Of a stretch of 64,000 nucleotides of DNA, positions 45,015-54,789 are shown piece after piece (within the stretch, counting starts at the first letter, position 1; every line of letters begins with the position of its first letter). The translations under genes and the position numbers were made by a program. The stretch spans positions 65,381 to 129,380 of the forward strand of contig DASZLX010000035.1 of NCBI GenBank assembly GCA_035552155.1, given 5' to 3'. This stretch comes from Verrucomicrobiia bacterium. GTDB taxonomy: Bacteria > Verrucomicrobiota > Verrucomicrobiia > Limisphaerales > DASXHY01. Under the pieces are notes generated by a model that saw only the letters and a list, made by a program, of their open reading frames with translations, had not been told where the DNA came from and searched no databases.

Positions 45015-46850
45015 TTAAAGCGACTTCACTTTTTTGACAATCGCCGCTGAATCAATTCCGTATTTAGCGACCAGTTCCTCGGGCTTGCCGGAATGCGGCA
45101 ATTCCCGCACGGCCAGCTTGTGAACCTTGATGCCGTCCACGCTCAATTCCCCCGCCACGGCGTCACCAATGCCGCCTTCGGCATAATGATCTTCCACCGT
45201 GACGACAGTATTGTTCGTTTTTTGCGCGGCGGCCCGGATGACGTCCGCCCCCAGCGGCTTGATGCTGTACGCGTCAATCACCGTGATGCCGATGCCTTCG
45301 CCCTTCAAAATGTCCGCCGCTTTCAGCGCCTCGTACAAAGTGATACCGGCGCCGACCACCGTAACTTTGTCGCCCGCGTTTTGGCGCAGCACTTTCGCGC
45401 CGCCAATCGGGAACTGCTCGTCATTATTGTAAATGATCGGCGTCTTCGGACGCGAAGTCCGCAGGAAATGAATTCCGTGCTCCTTCGCCATTTCCTCGAT
45501 CAATTTTTCCGTGCTCACCGCGTCGGACGGGTATAACACCCTGCTGCCGGCAATTGCGCGCATCAGCGCGATGTCCTCCAAAGCCATCTGCGAAGGTCCA
45601 TCCTCGCCGATGCTCACGCCCACATGCGAGCCAACTAATTTCAGGTTCGCCATGGAAATCCCCGCCACGCGAATCTGGTCGGCGGCCCGGGTGAAAAACG
45701 TGGCGAATGTCGACGCGAACGGCACCTTGCCCCGCGCGCCAAACCCCGTCGAAACACCCACCAGGTTTTGTTCCGCAATGAAACACTCCGTGAAGCGCTC
45801 GGGGAATTTTTTGTAAAACTTGTCCGAGTAGGTCGAATTCTTCGTGTCGCCGTCCAGCGCCACCACCCGCGGGTCGGCGCCCCCGATGCGCGCGAGCGCA
45901 TTGCCAAAAGCTTCGCGGGTCGCCACCGTCTCGCCCAGCTTGTAAGTCAGGGGTGGGTAACTCGCCGGGACCGTGTTGTTCGGGGCCGGCAACTGCGTCG
46001 GCGCCGGGATCTGGACATCCGTGCCCGTCTTCGCGCGCGGCTGAAGCTCCGCGATGGCCCGGGTCGCTTCTTCCTTGTTCAACGGCTTGCCGTGCCAGCC
46101 ATCCTTGTCCTGGATGAACGAGACACCGGCGCCTTTCAAAGTCTTGGCGAGAATCACCAGCGGCTGATCGCCCAACCCCACCGCCGCGAGCACTTCCAGA
46201 ATTTCGTCCATGTCGTGCCCGTCGATTTCCTCCACGCGCCAGCCAAAAGACGCAAAGCGCTTCGCGTAAACATCGAGATGATGCCCAAAGGCGGTTTCCT
46301 GGCTTTGGCCCAGCCGATTCACGTCCACGATCGCAATCAGATTGTTCAGCTTGTTGACGCCCGCGAGCGAAGCCGCCTCCCAAACGGAGCCTTCGGCGAT
46401 TTCGCCGTCGCCCATCAGCACGTAGGTTTTATAATCGAGCTTGTCGAGGCGCGCGCACAGCGCCATGCCAACGCCCACGCTCAACCCCTGCCCGAGCGAG
46501 CCGGTGGCGACATCGACAAACGACAGCCGCGGCGTGGGATGCCCTTCGAGATCGCTGCCCAACGTGCGCAGTTTCACGAGGTCACTCGTAGGAAACAGGC
46601 CGGTTTCGGCCCAGGCCGCATACAGCAGCGGCGCGGCGTGGCCTTTGGAAAGAACGAAACGATCGTTGTTGTAATAGCGGGGATCCTTCGGGTTGTAATG
46701 CATATGCCCAAAGAACAACGCCGCGACCACATCGGCCGCTGACAAGCATGAGGTCGGATGTCCGCTGCCCGCCGCTGTCGTTGCCTCAATCGAATGAATC
46801 CGCAACTGATTCGCGATTCCCTGCAATTTCTCAATGTCGATATCGTTCAT
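45015..46850 (-). CDS. tkt: transketolase
   Basis: 611 aa. AAGSGHPTSCLS, GDGEIAEGSVWEA (TPP-binding motif), plus pyrimidine-binding and C-terminal domains. Confidence 0.95.
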   Translation of the reverse strand: MNDIDIEKLQGIANQLRIHSIEATTAAGSGHPTSCLSAADVVAALFFGHMHYNPKDPRYYNNDRFVLSKGHAAPLLYAAWAETGLFPTSDLVKLRTLGSDLEGHPTPRLSFVDVATGSLGQGLSVGVGMALCARLDKLDYKTYVLMGDGEIAEGSVWEAASLAGVNKLNNLIAIVDVNRLGQSQETAFGHHLDVYAKRFASFGWRVEEIDGHDMDEILEVLAAVGLGDQPLVILAKTLKGAGVSFIQDKDGWHGKPLNKEEATRAIAELQPRAKTGTDVQIPAPTQLPAPNNTVPASYPPLTYKLGETVATREAFGNALARIGGADPRVVALDGDTKNSTYSDKFYKKFPERFTECFIAEQNLVGVSTGFGARGKVPFASTFATFFTRAADQIRVAGISMANLKLVGSHVGVSIGEDGPSQMALEDIALMRAIAGSRVLYPSDAVSTEKLIEEMAKEHGIHFLRTSRPKTPIIYNNDEQFPIGGAKVLRQNAGDKVTVVGAGITLYEALKAADILKGEGIGITVIDAYSIKPLGADVIRAAAQKTNNTVVTVEDHYAEGGIGDAVAGELSVDGIKVHKLAVRELPHSGKPEELVAKYGIDSAAIVKKVKSL

Positions 46851-47120
46851 GAATCCGCAAACTGTATTCAGGAAGTGACAAAAGGAAAGTAGAAAGAAGT
46901 GCCAATTATGGCAGCCCGACGTGACTTTTTGAACTACACAGAAGTCGTTTTTAAAGAAAGGCGCAAAGGTGCCAGGGCTTTGAGCCGTCCGGAAAACCTT
47001 TATTCCATAAATGAGGCCGCTGTTCAGAACCCATGATCCCAGGGCGGACGCATGTTAATTTTTTAGCACGATGTTTCGCTGGCCATTAGATTTGACATTA
47101 GAATCATCACAATTAAAATT

Positions 47121-47157
47121 CGCTTACCCATTTGCCCCAGCTACAAATGGGTAAGCG
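47121..47157. repeat. 14-bp perfect-stem hairpin in a long intergenic gap
   Basis: CGCTTACCCATTTG-ccccagcta-CAAATGGGTAAGCG, flanked by A/T runs on both sides. Possible bidirectional terminator. Confidence 0.6.
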
Positions 47158-47315
47158 ATTGAATTTTAAGGCCGCAACATCTTGAATACTTGGGCGGGTT
47201 TTCGCACATGCGATTTCGGGGCTTCGGCAGATTGACCCTCGGCTCAATTCCCTGATCAATAATTTCTCATTGGAATCTTTGGAAATTAGATGCGTTAGCC
47301 CTGCCAATGATCCAC

Positions 47316-47349
47316 TGGCGCCTTTGCCCCTTTGCGCCTTTGCGTTAAA
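47316..47349 (-). repeat. short-period repeat ending in TTGCGCCTTTGCGTTAAA
   Basis: CTGGCGCCTTTGCCCCTTTGCGCCTTTGCGTTAAA. Lies 9 nt 3' of the minus-strand stop at 47358. Confidence 0.8.
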
Positions 47350-47357
47350 CTCGAGCC

Positions 47358-47729
47358 TTACAGGCTGAGCGCCTGCCGAATGGCCGAAAGAAATTCGTGC
47401 TCGGCGGGAACCACGCTGTTGTCGCTGTTCACCTGCTGCTCCATCAATTGATAAACCCCGCGGCATTGCTCGGGGTCCGTGAAGGATTGCGCCAATTGCA
47501 CCGCCCGCGTGCGCGCCACTTGCGGATTCTGCGAAAACTCGCGCAGCCGTGTGATCGACTCGTCCAACTGCCGGTCGCGGTCGTATTCCGTCTCGAAACC
47601 CATTGCCGTGAGCAATCGATTCAGCCGCGCGTCTTCCTCCAGGTCGAGCCGCCCGTCGGCGTACATCGCCAGGATGAGCAAGTCCAGCAACGCCTTTCTC
47701 TGTTGATCGGTGAGTCGGGAAATTTCCAT
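47358..47729 (-). CDS. TerB-like / DUF-type small acidic protein
   Basis: LLDLLILAMYADGRLDLEEDARL resembles the TerB-fold (tellurite-resistance-like) family from memory. Start at MEISRLTD. Confidence 0.5.
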   Translation of the reverse strand: MEISRLTDQQRKALLDLLILAMYADGRLDLEEDARLNRLLTAMGFETEYDRDRQLDESITRLREFSQNPQVARTRAVQLAQSFTDPEQCRGVYQLMEQQVNSDNSVVPAEHEFLSAIRQALSL

Positions 47730-47742
47730 ATATCTTTCCGTT

Positions 47743-48891
47743 CTAATACTTCGGCACGCCCGGGTCAATTTCATCCGACCACGCCGAAATGCCGCCCTTC
47801 ACGCTTTTCAAATGTTTGAACCCCTGCTGGCGGAGGAATTGCACCGCCCTCAACGAACGCCCGCCCGCGTGGCAATGGATATAATATTGCTGGTTCGGGT
47901 CGAGTTCAGTGAACCGCTCCTGGAGCTGGCTCATCGGCAGCAGCGGCACGCCCTCCACGCGCGCGATTTCGTATTCGTCCGGTTCGCGCACGTCCAGCAC
48001 TTTGATGTCCAGCTTCGGGTCGCCCAGCGCGCGTTTCATATCTTGCACAGTCACTTCATCGGGATGCATGGCAGGTTCCTCCGGTTCAGCGGGCATGCCG
48101 CAGAACATTTCATAGTCGATCAATTCTTTGATGGTTGGGTTCTCGCCGCAAACGGGACATTGCGGATCGCGACGCAATTTCAGTTCGCGGAATTTCATTT
48201 CCAGCGCGTCGAACAACAGCAGGCGGTTGATGAGCGCCTCGCCCTTGCCCAGCGCAAGCTTCAAAATTTCCGTGGCCTGGATGCAGCCGATGATTCCCGG
48301 CAACACCCCCAGCACTCCGCCCTCCGCGCAACTCGGCACCGTGCCCGGCGGCGGCGGCTCGGGATAAAGACAACGATAACACGGCCCGCCCAGGTGCGGC
48401 GCGAATACGCTCGCCTGTCCGTCGAAACGAGAAATCGAGCCGTACACATTCGGCTTTTTCAGCAGCACACAGGCATCGTTCACCAGGTAACGCGTGGGAA
48501 AATTATCCGTGCCGTCCACCACGATGTCGTAAGGCCGGATGATCTCAAGCGCATTCTGACTGCTGATCCGTGTGTTGTGAATGACAACTTCGACGTTGGG
48601 ATTGATGCCGTTGATGGTTTCTTTGGCCGAATCCGCCTTGGGCCGGCCCACGTCGGCATCCGTGTGTAGGATTTGCCGTTGAAGATTCGAGTAATCAACC
48701 GTATCAAAATCCACGATGCCCAATTTGCCGATGCCCGCCGCCGCCAGATACATGGCGATGGGTGAACCGAGCCCACCCGCGCCGATGCACAGCACGCTGG
48801 TCGCGCGCAGCTTCTTCTGCCCGGCCATGCCGACCTCGGGCAGCAGCAGGTGCCGCGAATAACGGCGAATCTCGTCAGGGTTCAATTGCAT
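47743..48891 (-). CDS. moeB: molybdopterin-synthase adenylyltransferase MoeB/ThiF with C-terminal rhodanese domain
   Basis: RYSRHLLLPEVG, GAGGLGSP, CxxC pairs (CYRC, CPVC), and the rhodanese active site HCHAGGRS. Confidence 0.92.
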   Translation of the reverse strand: MQLNPDEIRRYSRHLLLPEVGMAGQKKLRATSVLCIGAGGLGSPIAMYLAAAGIGKLGIVDFDTVDYSNLQRQILHTDADVGRPKADSAKETINGINPNVEVVIHNTRISSQNALEIIRPYDIVVDGTDNFPTRYLVNDACVLLKKPNVYGSISRFDGQASVFAPHLGGPCYRCLYPEPPPPGTVPSCAEGGVLGVLPGIIGCIQATEILKLALGKGEALINRLLLFDALEMKFRELKLRRDPQCPVCGENPTIKELIDYEMFCGMPAEPEEPAMHPDEVTVQDMKRALGDPKLDIKVLDVREPDEYEIARVEGVPLLPMSQLQERFTELDPNQQYYIHCHAGGRSLRAVQFLRQQGFKHLKSVKGGISAWSDEIDPGVPKY

Positions 48892-49065
48892 AGTGCGCGC
48901 AAAGGAAAACTAGAGTAATCCAGCAGCAGCGCAACGCAAGACGGCACGTATCAACGCCCGTAGGAGACGAGTCTCAAACTTTTCGCCGGGAGCGCCGGCG
49001 TCCCGCCGGCAGTCTTGCCATTCTTAGGGCTTGGCTCATACCGCCCGACGCTTAAACTGACATCA

Positions 49066-49890
49066 ATGGATTCAGCCAACGCTCAAGCCGCCGCCGCGCG
49101 GCTCGGAAAAATTTCCCCATCGCGCCCCACCCTTGCCATTGTTCTCGGCAGCGGCTTTCATCACGTGCTCACCGAATTGCGCGTGGAGAAAAAAATTCCT
49201 TACGCGAAAATTCCCGGCTTTCCCAAACCCACCGTCAGCGGCCACGCGGGTGAATTATTTTTCGGCACACTCGGCGGCACACCCGTCATGGTTTTGAGCG
49301 GTCGCGCGCATTATTACGAGGGGCATCCCATGGAGCGCGTCACCTTCGCCGTGCGCGCGCTGGCGGCATTCGGCATCACGGATTTGCTGCTGACCAACGC
49401 CGGCGGCGGCCTCAATAAAAAATTCCGCGCCGGCAATTTCATGATGCTCACGGACCACATCAACCTGATGGGCGCCAACCCGCTGCGCGGCGCGGCCATA
49501 CCCGGCCTGCCCCGGTTTGTGGATTTAACGCAGACTTACGACCCGAGTCTCGCCCGGCTTTTGCGCACGTCGGCGAACGAGTGTAAGGTCAAATTGCAAA
49601 CCGGCGTTTATCTGGCGGTGTCGGGGCCCAGCTACGAAACCCCAGCAGAGATTCGCGCGTTTGCGCGGCTCGGGGCGGATGCAGTCGGCATGAGCACGGC
49701 GCCGGAGGCCATTGTAGCGCGGCAATGCGGAGTCAATGTGGCCGCCGTTTCCTGCATCACCAATTTGGCCGCAGGCATCAGCAAGGAAAAATTGTCCCAC
49801 GCGGAAGTGTTGGAAACCGCCGAGCGCGTAAAAACCCGAGCGTCGGCTCTCTTGAAAAATTTTGCGAAACTTTATGGCCAAAAAAAATGA
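49066..49890 (+). CDS. purine nucleoside phosphorylase (trimeric PNP family)
   Basis: AIVLGSGFHHV, SGHAGELFFGTLGG, GRAHYYEG, and MSTAPEAIVARQCG. ATG at 49066. Confidence 0.92.
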   Translation: MDSANAQAAAARLGKISPSRPTLAIVLGSGFHHVLTELRVEKKIPYAKIPGFPKPTVSGHAGELFFGTLGGTPVMVLSGRAHYYEGHPMERVTFAVRALAAFGITDLLLTNAGGGLNKKFRAGNFMMLTDHINLMGANPLRGAAIPGLPRFVDLTQTYDPSLARLLRTSANECKVKLQTGVYLAVSGPSYETPAEIRAFARLGADAVGMSTAPEAIVARQCGVNVAAVSCITNLAAGISKEKLSHAEVLETAERVKTRASALLKNFAKLYGQKK

Positions 49891-50305
49891 CCCAGGTATT
49901 TCAGCGCAAGCACTCTCTCGCCTGATGAACGCCGCGGCAAAAGCCCGCGACGGCGCGGTGGCGCCGTATTCGAATTTTCGCGTAGGCGCGGCGTTGCTCA
50001 CGGCTTCGGGCGAGCTCATCATCGGCGCCAACGTCGAAAGCGCCAGCTACGGCCTGACCTGCTGCGCGGAGCGCGTGGCGCTGTTCAACGCGCTGACCGG
50101 CGGCAAAAGAAATTTCATCGCCGTGGCCGTGGTCGCGCGCGTCGCCGGCGGACCGATGCCTTGCGGCGCCTGCCGCCAGTTGCTGGCCGAATACGCGTCC
50201 GACGCCAAAGTCTTCGTGGCGGATACCCGAAAATTGAAGTCGGTGAAGGAATTCTCCGTGCGCGAATTGCTCCCCGGCGCGTTCCTCGATTTTCGCCCCG
50301 CGTAA
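49874..50305 (+). CDS. cdd: cytidine deaminase
   Basis: Zinc motifs CAERVA and PCGACRQ. The start overlaps the PNP stop by 17 nt. Confidence 0.9.
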   Translation: MAKKNDPGISAQALSRLMNAAAKARDGAVAPYSNFRVGAALLTASGELIIGANVESASYGLTCCAERVALFNALTGGKRNFIAVAVVARVAGGPMPCGACRQLLAEYASDAKVFVADTRKLKSVKEFSVRELLPGAFLDFRPA

Positions 50306-50452
50306 CTTTCTGCCGGGCAGTACGTACAGCCTTTCCCGCTCCGGGTTCAAGGCACTTCCATCTCCCCGTCAAGAACATCGCCATCGCCCATTGGATAAAT
50401 TTGATTTGAGAATCATCGCTAAGGCGGTAAGCTGCGAGTCGGGATATTTTTG

Positions 50453-51955
50453 ATGAAGTCTGAAGTTGCTCTTGGTTTGGAAAACGCCGGCTGGCCTGTG
50501 ATTTTGGTCAACAGCTCCGGCGCGATCCTGCACGCCAATCCGGTGGCGGTGGAGACCTTTGGCCCCACTCTCGAAGGCGAAATGCCCCTCTCCGCCATTT
50601 GGGCCTCGGAAAACGGCCCCATGGCCGAACAATTCATTTTGCAGTGGGACAACTCGCCTTTCCCTCCCGGCCCCCTCAAATTTTGCGTCAAAGGCGGCGG
50701 CATTCGCTCCTTCCTGACCTCCATTTGCCCGCTGGCCGAGGGGCCCGAAAAATCCTTCATCCTGCAACTGCTGCCCAACACGACACCCTCCACTCCCAAA
50801 GAAGCCGCCGCCGAAAGCCTCGCGCAAAAACAAAAACTCGATTGCGCCCTGCAACTGGCGCGGACGGTCTCGCTCGATTTCAATAACGCCCTCACCAGCA
50901 TTCTCGGTCACGCCTCGTTGCTCCTGACCAAGGCCGAAGCGAACCACCCCTGGCGGCGCTCACTGCTGGAAGTGGAAAAATCAGCCGCGCGGGCCGCGGA
51001 AATTGCCAACGATCTCGGCACCTTCAGCCGGCCGGACAAGGAACCGCGCGGACAATCGGCGCGCAACGTAAACGCCATCCTCCAGCGCGCGGTGGACGTC
51101 TTTGCCAACGCCGAGGCCAAAAAAATCACCTGGACGCTGCAACTCGAGCGGAAACCCTTCGCCGCGAGATTTGACGAAGCCAAAATCCAGCAGGCGTTTG
51201 TAAAAATTCTCGAGAACGCCGTCCAGTCCGTGACAGAGAACCCGCAAATCACCGTGCAATCGCGGAACGTCGAGTTGGCCCAGGCCACCCAGGACCGCGA
51301 TGTGCGCCTGAGCGCCGGCACTTATATTTGCGTCGAAATCAGCGATAACGGCCCCGGCATCGCGCCGGACATTTTGTCGCGGATTTTCGAACCGTTCTTC
51401 ACCACCAAAGGCGGCAAGCATCGCGGTCTCGGCCTGGCATTTGTATACGGGATTGCCACCAATCACGGCGGCGGTGTGGCGGTTTCCAGCCAGCCCGGCA
51501 CGGGCACGTCCGTGCGCCTCTATTTGCCGGCGGAAAAAAGAGTCGTCCAGGACAGTCAGGTCAATGTCGCTGACCTGAACGGCACGCAAACCATTTTGAT
51601 GGTAGACGATGAAGACCTGATGCTGACCATGGGGCAAACCGTCCTTTCCGCATTCGGCTACAAGGTGCTCACGGCGAACAGCGGGCAGAAGGCGCTGGAA
51701 CTCATTGCCAAAGGCGACCAGAATATCGATTTGCTGATTACGGATTTGGTGATGCCAGCGATGAGCGGCCGCGAACTGGTCGAGCACCTGCGCAAATCCT
51801 CCTCCGGCATTCGCGTCCTCTGCACCAGCGGATACGTGCCGCCACCGGCGCAAACGGATGATGCAGCCTACCTGCAAAAACCGTTCACCAGCCAGGACTT
51901 GCTGGTCAAAGTCAAACAAGTCCTCACCGGTCCGGGTCCAACATCTGTTGACTGA
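50453..51955 (+). CDS. hybrid sensor histidine kinase / response regulator (PAS-HisKA-HATPase-REC)
   Basis: PAS-like N-terminus, H-box SILGHASLL, N-box ILENAVQS, G-boxes DNGPGI and GLGLAFVYG. REC domain ILMVDDED..LLITDLVMP..LQKPF. Confidence 0.92.
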   Translation: MKSEVALGLENAGWPVILVNSSGAILHANPVAVETFGPTLEGEMPLSAIWASENGPMAEQFILQWDNSPFPPGPLKFCVKGGGIRSFLTSICPLAEGPEKSFILQLLPNTTPSTPKEAAAESLAQKQKLDCALQLARTVSLDFNNALTSILGHASLLLTKAEANHPWRRSLLEVEKSAARAAEIANDLGTFSRPDKEPRGQSARNVNAILQRAVDVFANAEAKKITWTLQLERKPFAARFDEAKIQQAFVKILENAVQSVTENPQITVQSRNVELAQATQDRDVRLSAGTYICVEISDNGPGIAPDILSRIFEPFFTTKGGKHRGLGLAFVYGIATNHGGGVAVSSQPGTGTSVRLYLPAEKRVVQDSQVNVADLNGTQTILMVDDEDLMLTMGQTVLSAFGYKVLTANSGQKALELIAKGDQNIDLLITDLVMPAMSGRELVEHLRKSSSGIRVLCTSGYVPPPAQTDDAAYLQKPFTSQDLLVKVKQVLTGPGPTSVD

Positions 51956-51984
51956 GAGTAGCTATTCGCGTATCTAATGATTAG

Positions 51985-52866
51985 ATGCAAATAGAAAGTC
52001 TCAAAGTCTTTTGCGACCTGGCCGAAACCGAAAGCTTCACCAAGGCCGCTCAAATCAACGGTGTCACCCAGTCCGCCGTCAGCCAGCAAATCAGCTCCCT
52101 CGAGCGGCAATTCAAGTCGCTTCTCATCGAACGCAGCAAGAAAAAGTTTCGCCTCACTCGCGAAGGCCAGTTGCTTTACGATTTCAGCAAACAGATCATC
52201 CAGACCTATGATGCCCTGCACAGCAAGCTGCAGGAGGTCAAGGACATCATATCCGGCACCATTCGCGTGGCGACGATTTACAGCATCGGCCTCCACGATC
52301 TGCCGCCCTATATCAAACGGTTCCTCAAGGAGCATCCCACCGTGCATGTGCACGTGGAATACCGGCGGGCCAACCAGGTTTATGAAGACGTGCTCGGCAA
52401 CGTCGTGGATCTCGGCCTCGTGGCCTATCCGCAGCGCGACGCCAAACTCGAGGTCGTGCCGCTCCGCCGGGATCCTCTGGTCATGATTTGCCACCCGCAA
52501 CATTCGTTGGCCAAATCCAAAACCCTGAAACTCAAGTCCATTTCAGGAATGAAATTCATCGGCTTCGAACCGGACATCCCCACCCGCAAGGCGATTGACA
52601 AAATCCTGAAGGAAAATGCCATCGAGATCCACACCGTGATGGAATTCGACAACATTGAAACGGTCAAACGCGCCGTGGAAATCGACGCGGGCATCTCGAT
52701 CGTGCCCGAGAGCACCGTCGGCCAGGAAGTCGCCAAGCAAACCCTCGCCGCAGTGAGAATTGACGACGGCGATTTCTTCCGCCCCCTCGCCGCTCTCTAC
52801 AAGAAGAACAAAGTCCTCTCACCCGCGATGAAGCAATTCATCTCAATTCTGAAAGAGGAACGGTGA
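51985..52866 (+). CDS. LysR family transcriptional regulator
   Basis: LKVFCDLAETESFTKAAQINGVTQSAVSQQISSLE HTH plus a substrate-binding domain. Confidence 0.92.
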   Translation: MQIESLKVFCDLAETESFTKAAQINGVTQSAVSQQISSLERQFKSLLIERSKKKFRLTREGQLLYDFSKQIIQTYDALHSKLQEVKDIISGTIRVATIYSIGLHDLPPYIKRFLKEHPTVHVHVEYRRANQVYEDVLGNVVDLGLVAYPQRDAKLEVVPLRRDPLVMICHPQHSLAKSKTLKLKSISGMKFIGFEPDIPTRKAIDKILKENAIEIHTVMEFDNIETVKRAVEIDAGISIVPESTVGQEVAKQTLAAVRIDDGDFFRPLAALYKKNKVLSPAMKQFISILKEER

Positions 52867-52896
52867 GAGTTGTGACGACGATTTAAAGACTGATGG

Positions 52897-53265
52897 ATGA
52901 GAAGTTTGATCGTAAGTATCGTCGCCTGCCTGTTTTTCTGCGGTTGCAAACCCTCAACCAAACATTTGGTTCAGGACTACAAATTGGAGCGCTTTGACGA
53001 AAACGGAAAATATTACGTCATCGCTTCCGAAGATTTGTCCGGCGGCGGTGTTTTTGACGGCACCGTGGAACAGCTGGGCTTTGATCAGAATTGGATTTTG
53101 GCACGGGTTAATAGATTATACCAAGGTGATACGAATGGCTGGTATGTCCTGAACTTAAAAACTAAACAAGTTGTCGGGCCAATCCAGGAATCTGATTTGA
53201 AGACCAATGCCGCTTGGACCAAAATCGAGTATCACGACCCTGAACAGGTTTTTTCGGGAAAATGA
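52897..53265 (+). CDS. hypothetical lipoprotein
   Basis: Lipobox LFFCGC after MRSLIVSIVAC. Visibly lower G+C. No family recognised. Confidence 0.6.
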   Translation: MRSLIVSIVACLFFCGCKPSTKHLVQDYKLERFDENGKYYVIASEDLSGGGVFDGTVEQLGFDQNWILARVNRLYQGDTNGWYVLNLKTKQVVGPIQESDLKTNAAWTKIEYHDPEQVFSGK

Positions 53266-53294
53266 ACAGTTAAAAACTGTTTTGCAGCTTGCAA

Positions 53295-54404
53295 TTACTT
53301 CAGGCTGGCTGGATTGAGCGGCTTCAAATCCTTCGGCAGAAAAATGCCGTCCTTCCGAATCAATTCGCCATCGAACCACACCTCGCCCCCGCCCCATTCG
53401 GGTCGTTGAATCAGCACCATGTCCCAATGCACCGCCGAGCGGTTCCCATTGTCGCATTGCTCATAAGCCTGGCCCGGCGTGAAGTGAAATGACCCGGCGA
53501 TCTTCTCGTCAAAGAGAATATCGCACATCGGAGTCAGGATGTATGGATTGAAGCCCAGCGAAAATTCGCCCACGTAACGCGCCCCGGGATCGGTGTCGAG
53601 AATCTCATTCAACCGCTTCGTATTATTGGCAGTGGCCTTGATAATCTTGCCGTCCTTGAATTCGAGGCGGACATTTTCAAACTTCGTCCCCGAATAAAGC
53701 GTCGGCGTGTTGAATTGAATAACCCCGTTGACGGAGTTTTTGACCGGGCACGAAAAAACTTCGCCATCGGGAATGTTCCGGTCGCCCTTGCACATCTGCG
53801 CGCCAATGCCCTTGATGCTGAAATTCAAATCCGTGCCCGGCGCCTTGAGCTGCACCCGGTCGGCGCGTTTCATCCGGCGCTCCAGCGGAACCATCGCGCG
53901 CGACATCTTGCGGTAATCCATCGTGCAGACGTCAAAATACAAATTCTCAAACGCCTCCGTGCTCATGCCCGCCGCCTGCGCCATGCTCGGCGTGGGCCAG
54001 CGCAGCACGCACCAACGCGTCTTATTCACCCGATAATTCAGCACCGGCCGAATCAAGCGCGAATACATCGACATCCGGTCGCTCGGCACATCCGCATTTT
54101 CGCTCGCATTTTCACTGCCGCGAATTGCGATGTAAGCCTGCATCTTTTTCATGCGGAACAACTCCAGGTCGCGCACCCCCTCGGCGTGTTTCTCATCCAT
54201 CGCGCGCAACATCTCGCGACCCACCCGCGTGTGCCGCGTCTCCACAAACGGCACCGCGCCCGCCGCTCGAACCGCGCGAATAAGTTCAATCGTGAACTCA
54301 TCCGGAACATCGATCATATCGAGCAGGATACGGTCGCCCTTTTTCAACGCGGTGGAATATTCGACAAGCAACTTCGCCAGTTTGGTGTAACGGGGATCAG
54401 TCAT
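53295..54404 (-). CDS. aminopeptidase, M29 (AmpS/PepS) family
   Basis: [41 protein letters not shown] are typical of M29 aminopeptidases. Confidence 0.88.
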   Translation of the reverse strand: MTDPRYTKLAKLLVEYSTALKKGDRILLDMIDVPDEFTIELIRAVRAAGAVPFVETRHTRVGREMLRAMDEKHAEGVRDLELFRMKKMQAYIAIRGSENASENADVPSDRMSMYSRLIRPVLNYRVNKTRWCVLRWPTPSMAQAAGMSTEAFENLYFDVCTMDYRKMSRAMVPLERRMKRADRVQLKAPGTDLNFSIKGIGAQMCKGDRNIPDGEVFSCPVKNSVNGVIQFNTPTLYSGTKFENVRLEFKDGKIIKATANNTKRLNEILDTDPGARYVGEFSLGFNPYILTPMCDILFDEKIAGSFHFTPGQAYEQCDNGNRSAVHWDMVLIQRPEWGGGEVWFDGELIRKDGIFLPKDLKPLNPASLK

Positions 54405-54517
54405 AGTTCCGGAAGCCTAAAACGAATTGCAGAAAGAATCAAACCCTCGGCGGTTCCTCTCCGCGTTCAGCAAACCAACGACGGAGAAACAAAATATCTT
54501 CGGCGTCCTTCTCTCGA

Positions 54518-54751
54518 TCAGCTTCTCGGCAGGCCGCTCCGCGCCAGCATTTTCATCATCCATTCGTCCGCCTCCTCATGGGTTTTGAAACGGTAAACGC
54601 CCTTTGGCATCCAGCGGTGCTTAAATGTCTTGTGAAATTGCGCCGCGGCCTGTTGTAACTGCATCCCCGCCCGCCAGGCATCCGGCGTTTGTGTCCTTCG
54701 ACCAACAAAACGCTCGATTTTTTCTTCGACGTTGACAAAGGACTGTTTCAC
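54518..54751 (-). CDS. hypothetical small protein (77 aa)
   Basis: ATG-initiated ORF downstream of mazG on the same strand. No family recognised. Confidence 0.45.
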   Translation of the reverse strand: MKQSFVNVEEKIERFVGRRTQTPDAWRAGMQLQQAAAQFHKTFKHRWMPKGVYRFKTHEEADEWMMKMLARSGLPRS

Positions 54752-54789
54752 GATGCCAACTTACTTTGCCCCTCCATGCAAGGCAAGGC

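Noticed and set aside
45424-46742. Two ~320-aa ORFs (45424..46383 minus, alternative frame; 45768..46742 plus) overlapping tkt
   Set aside because: The transketolase frame is clearly the real one. Both alternatives are Arg/Gly-rich artefacts.
46908-47036. 42-aa plus-strand ORF in the tkt upstream gap
   Set aside because: No ribosome-binding context, no recognisable sequence, and it lies in an A+T-rich promoter-like region.
47113-47466. 117-aa minus-strand ORF
   Set aside because: It runs through the hairpin and the GCCTTTGCG repeat and overlaps the 3' end of the TerB-like gene in another frame.
47710-48669. 319-aa ORF antisense to moeB
   Set aside because: The moeB motifs on the minus strand are clear, so this is an antisense artefact.
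49874-49890. A8 homopolymer in the PNP/cdd overlap (ATGGCCAAAAAAAATGA)
   Set aside because: It is consistent with ordinary translational coupling. There is no evidence of frameshifting or phase variation from a single sequence.
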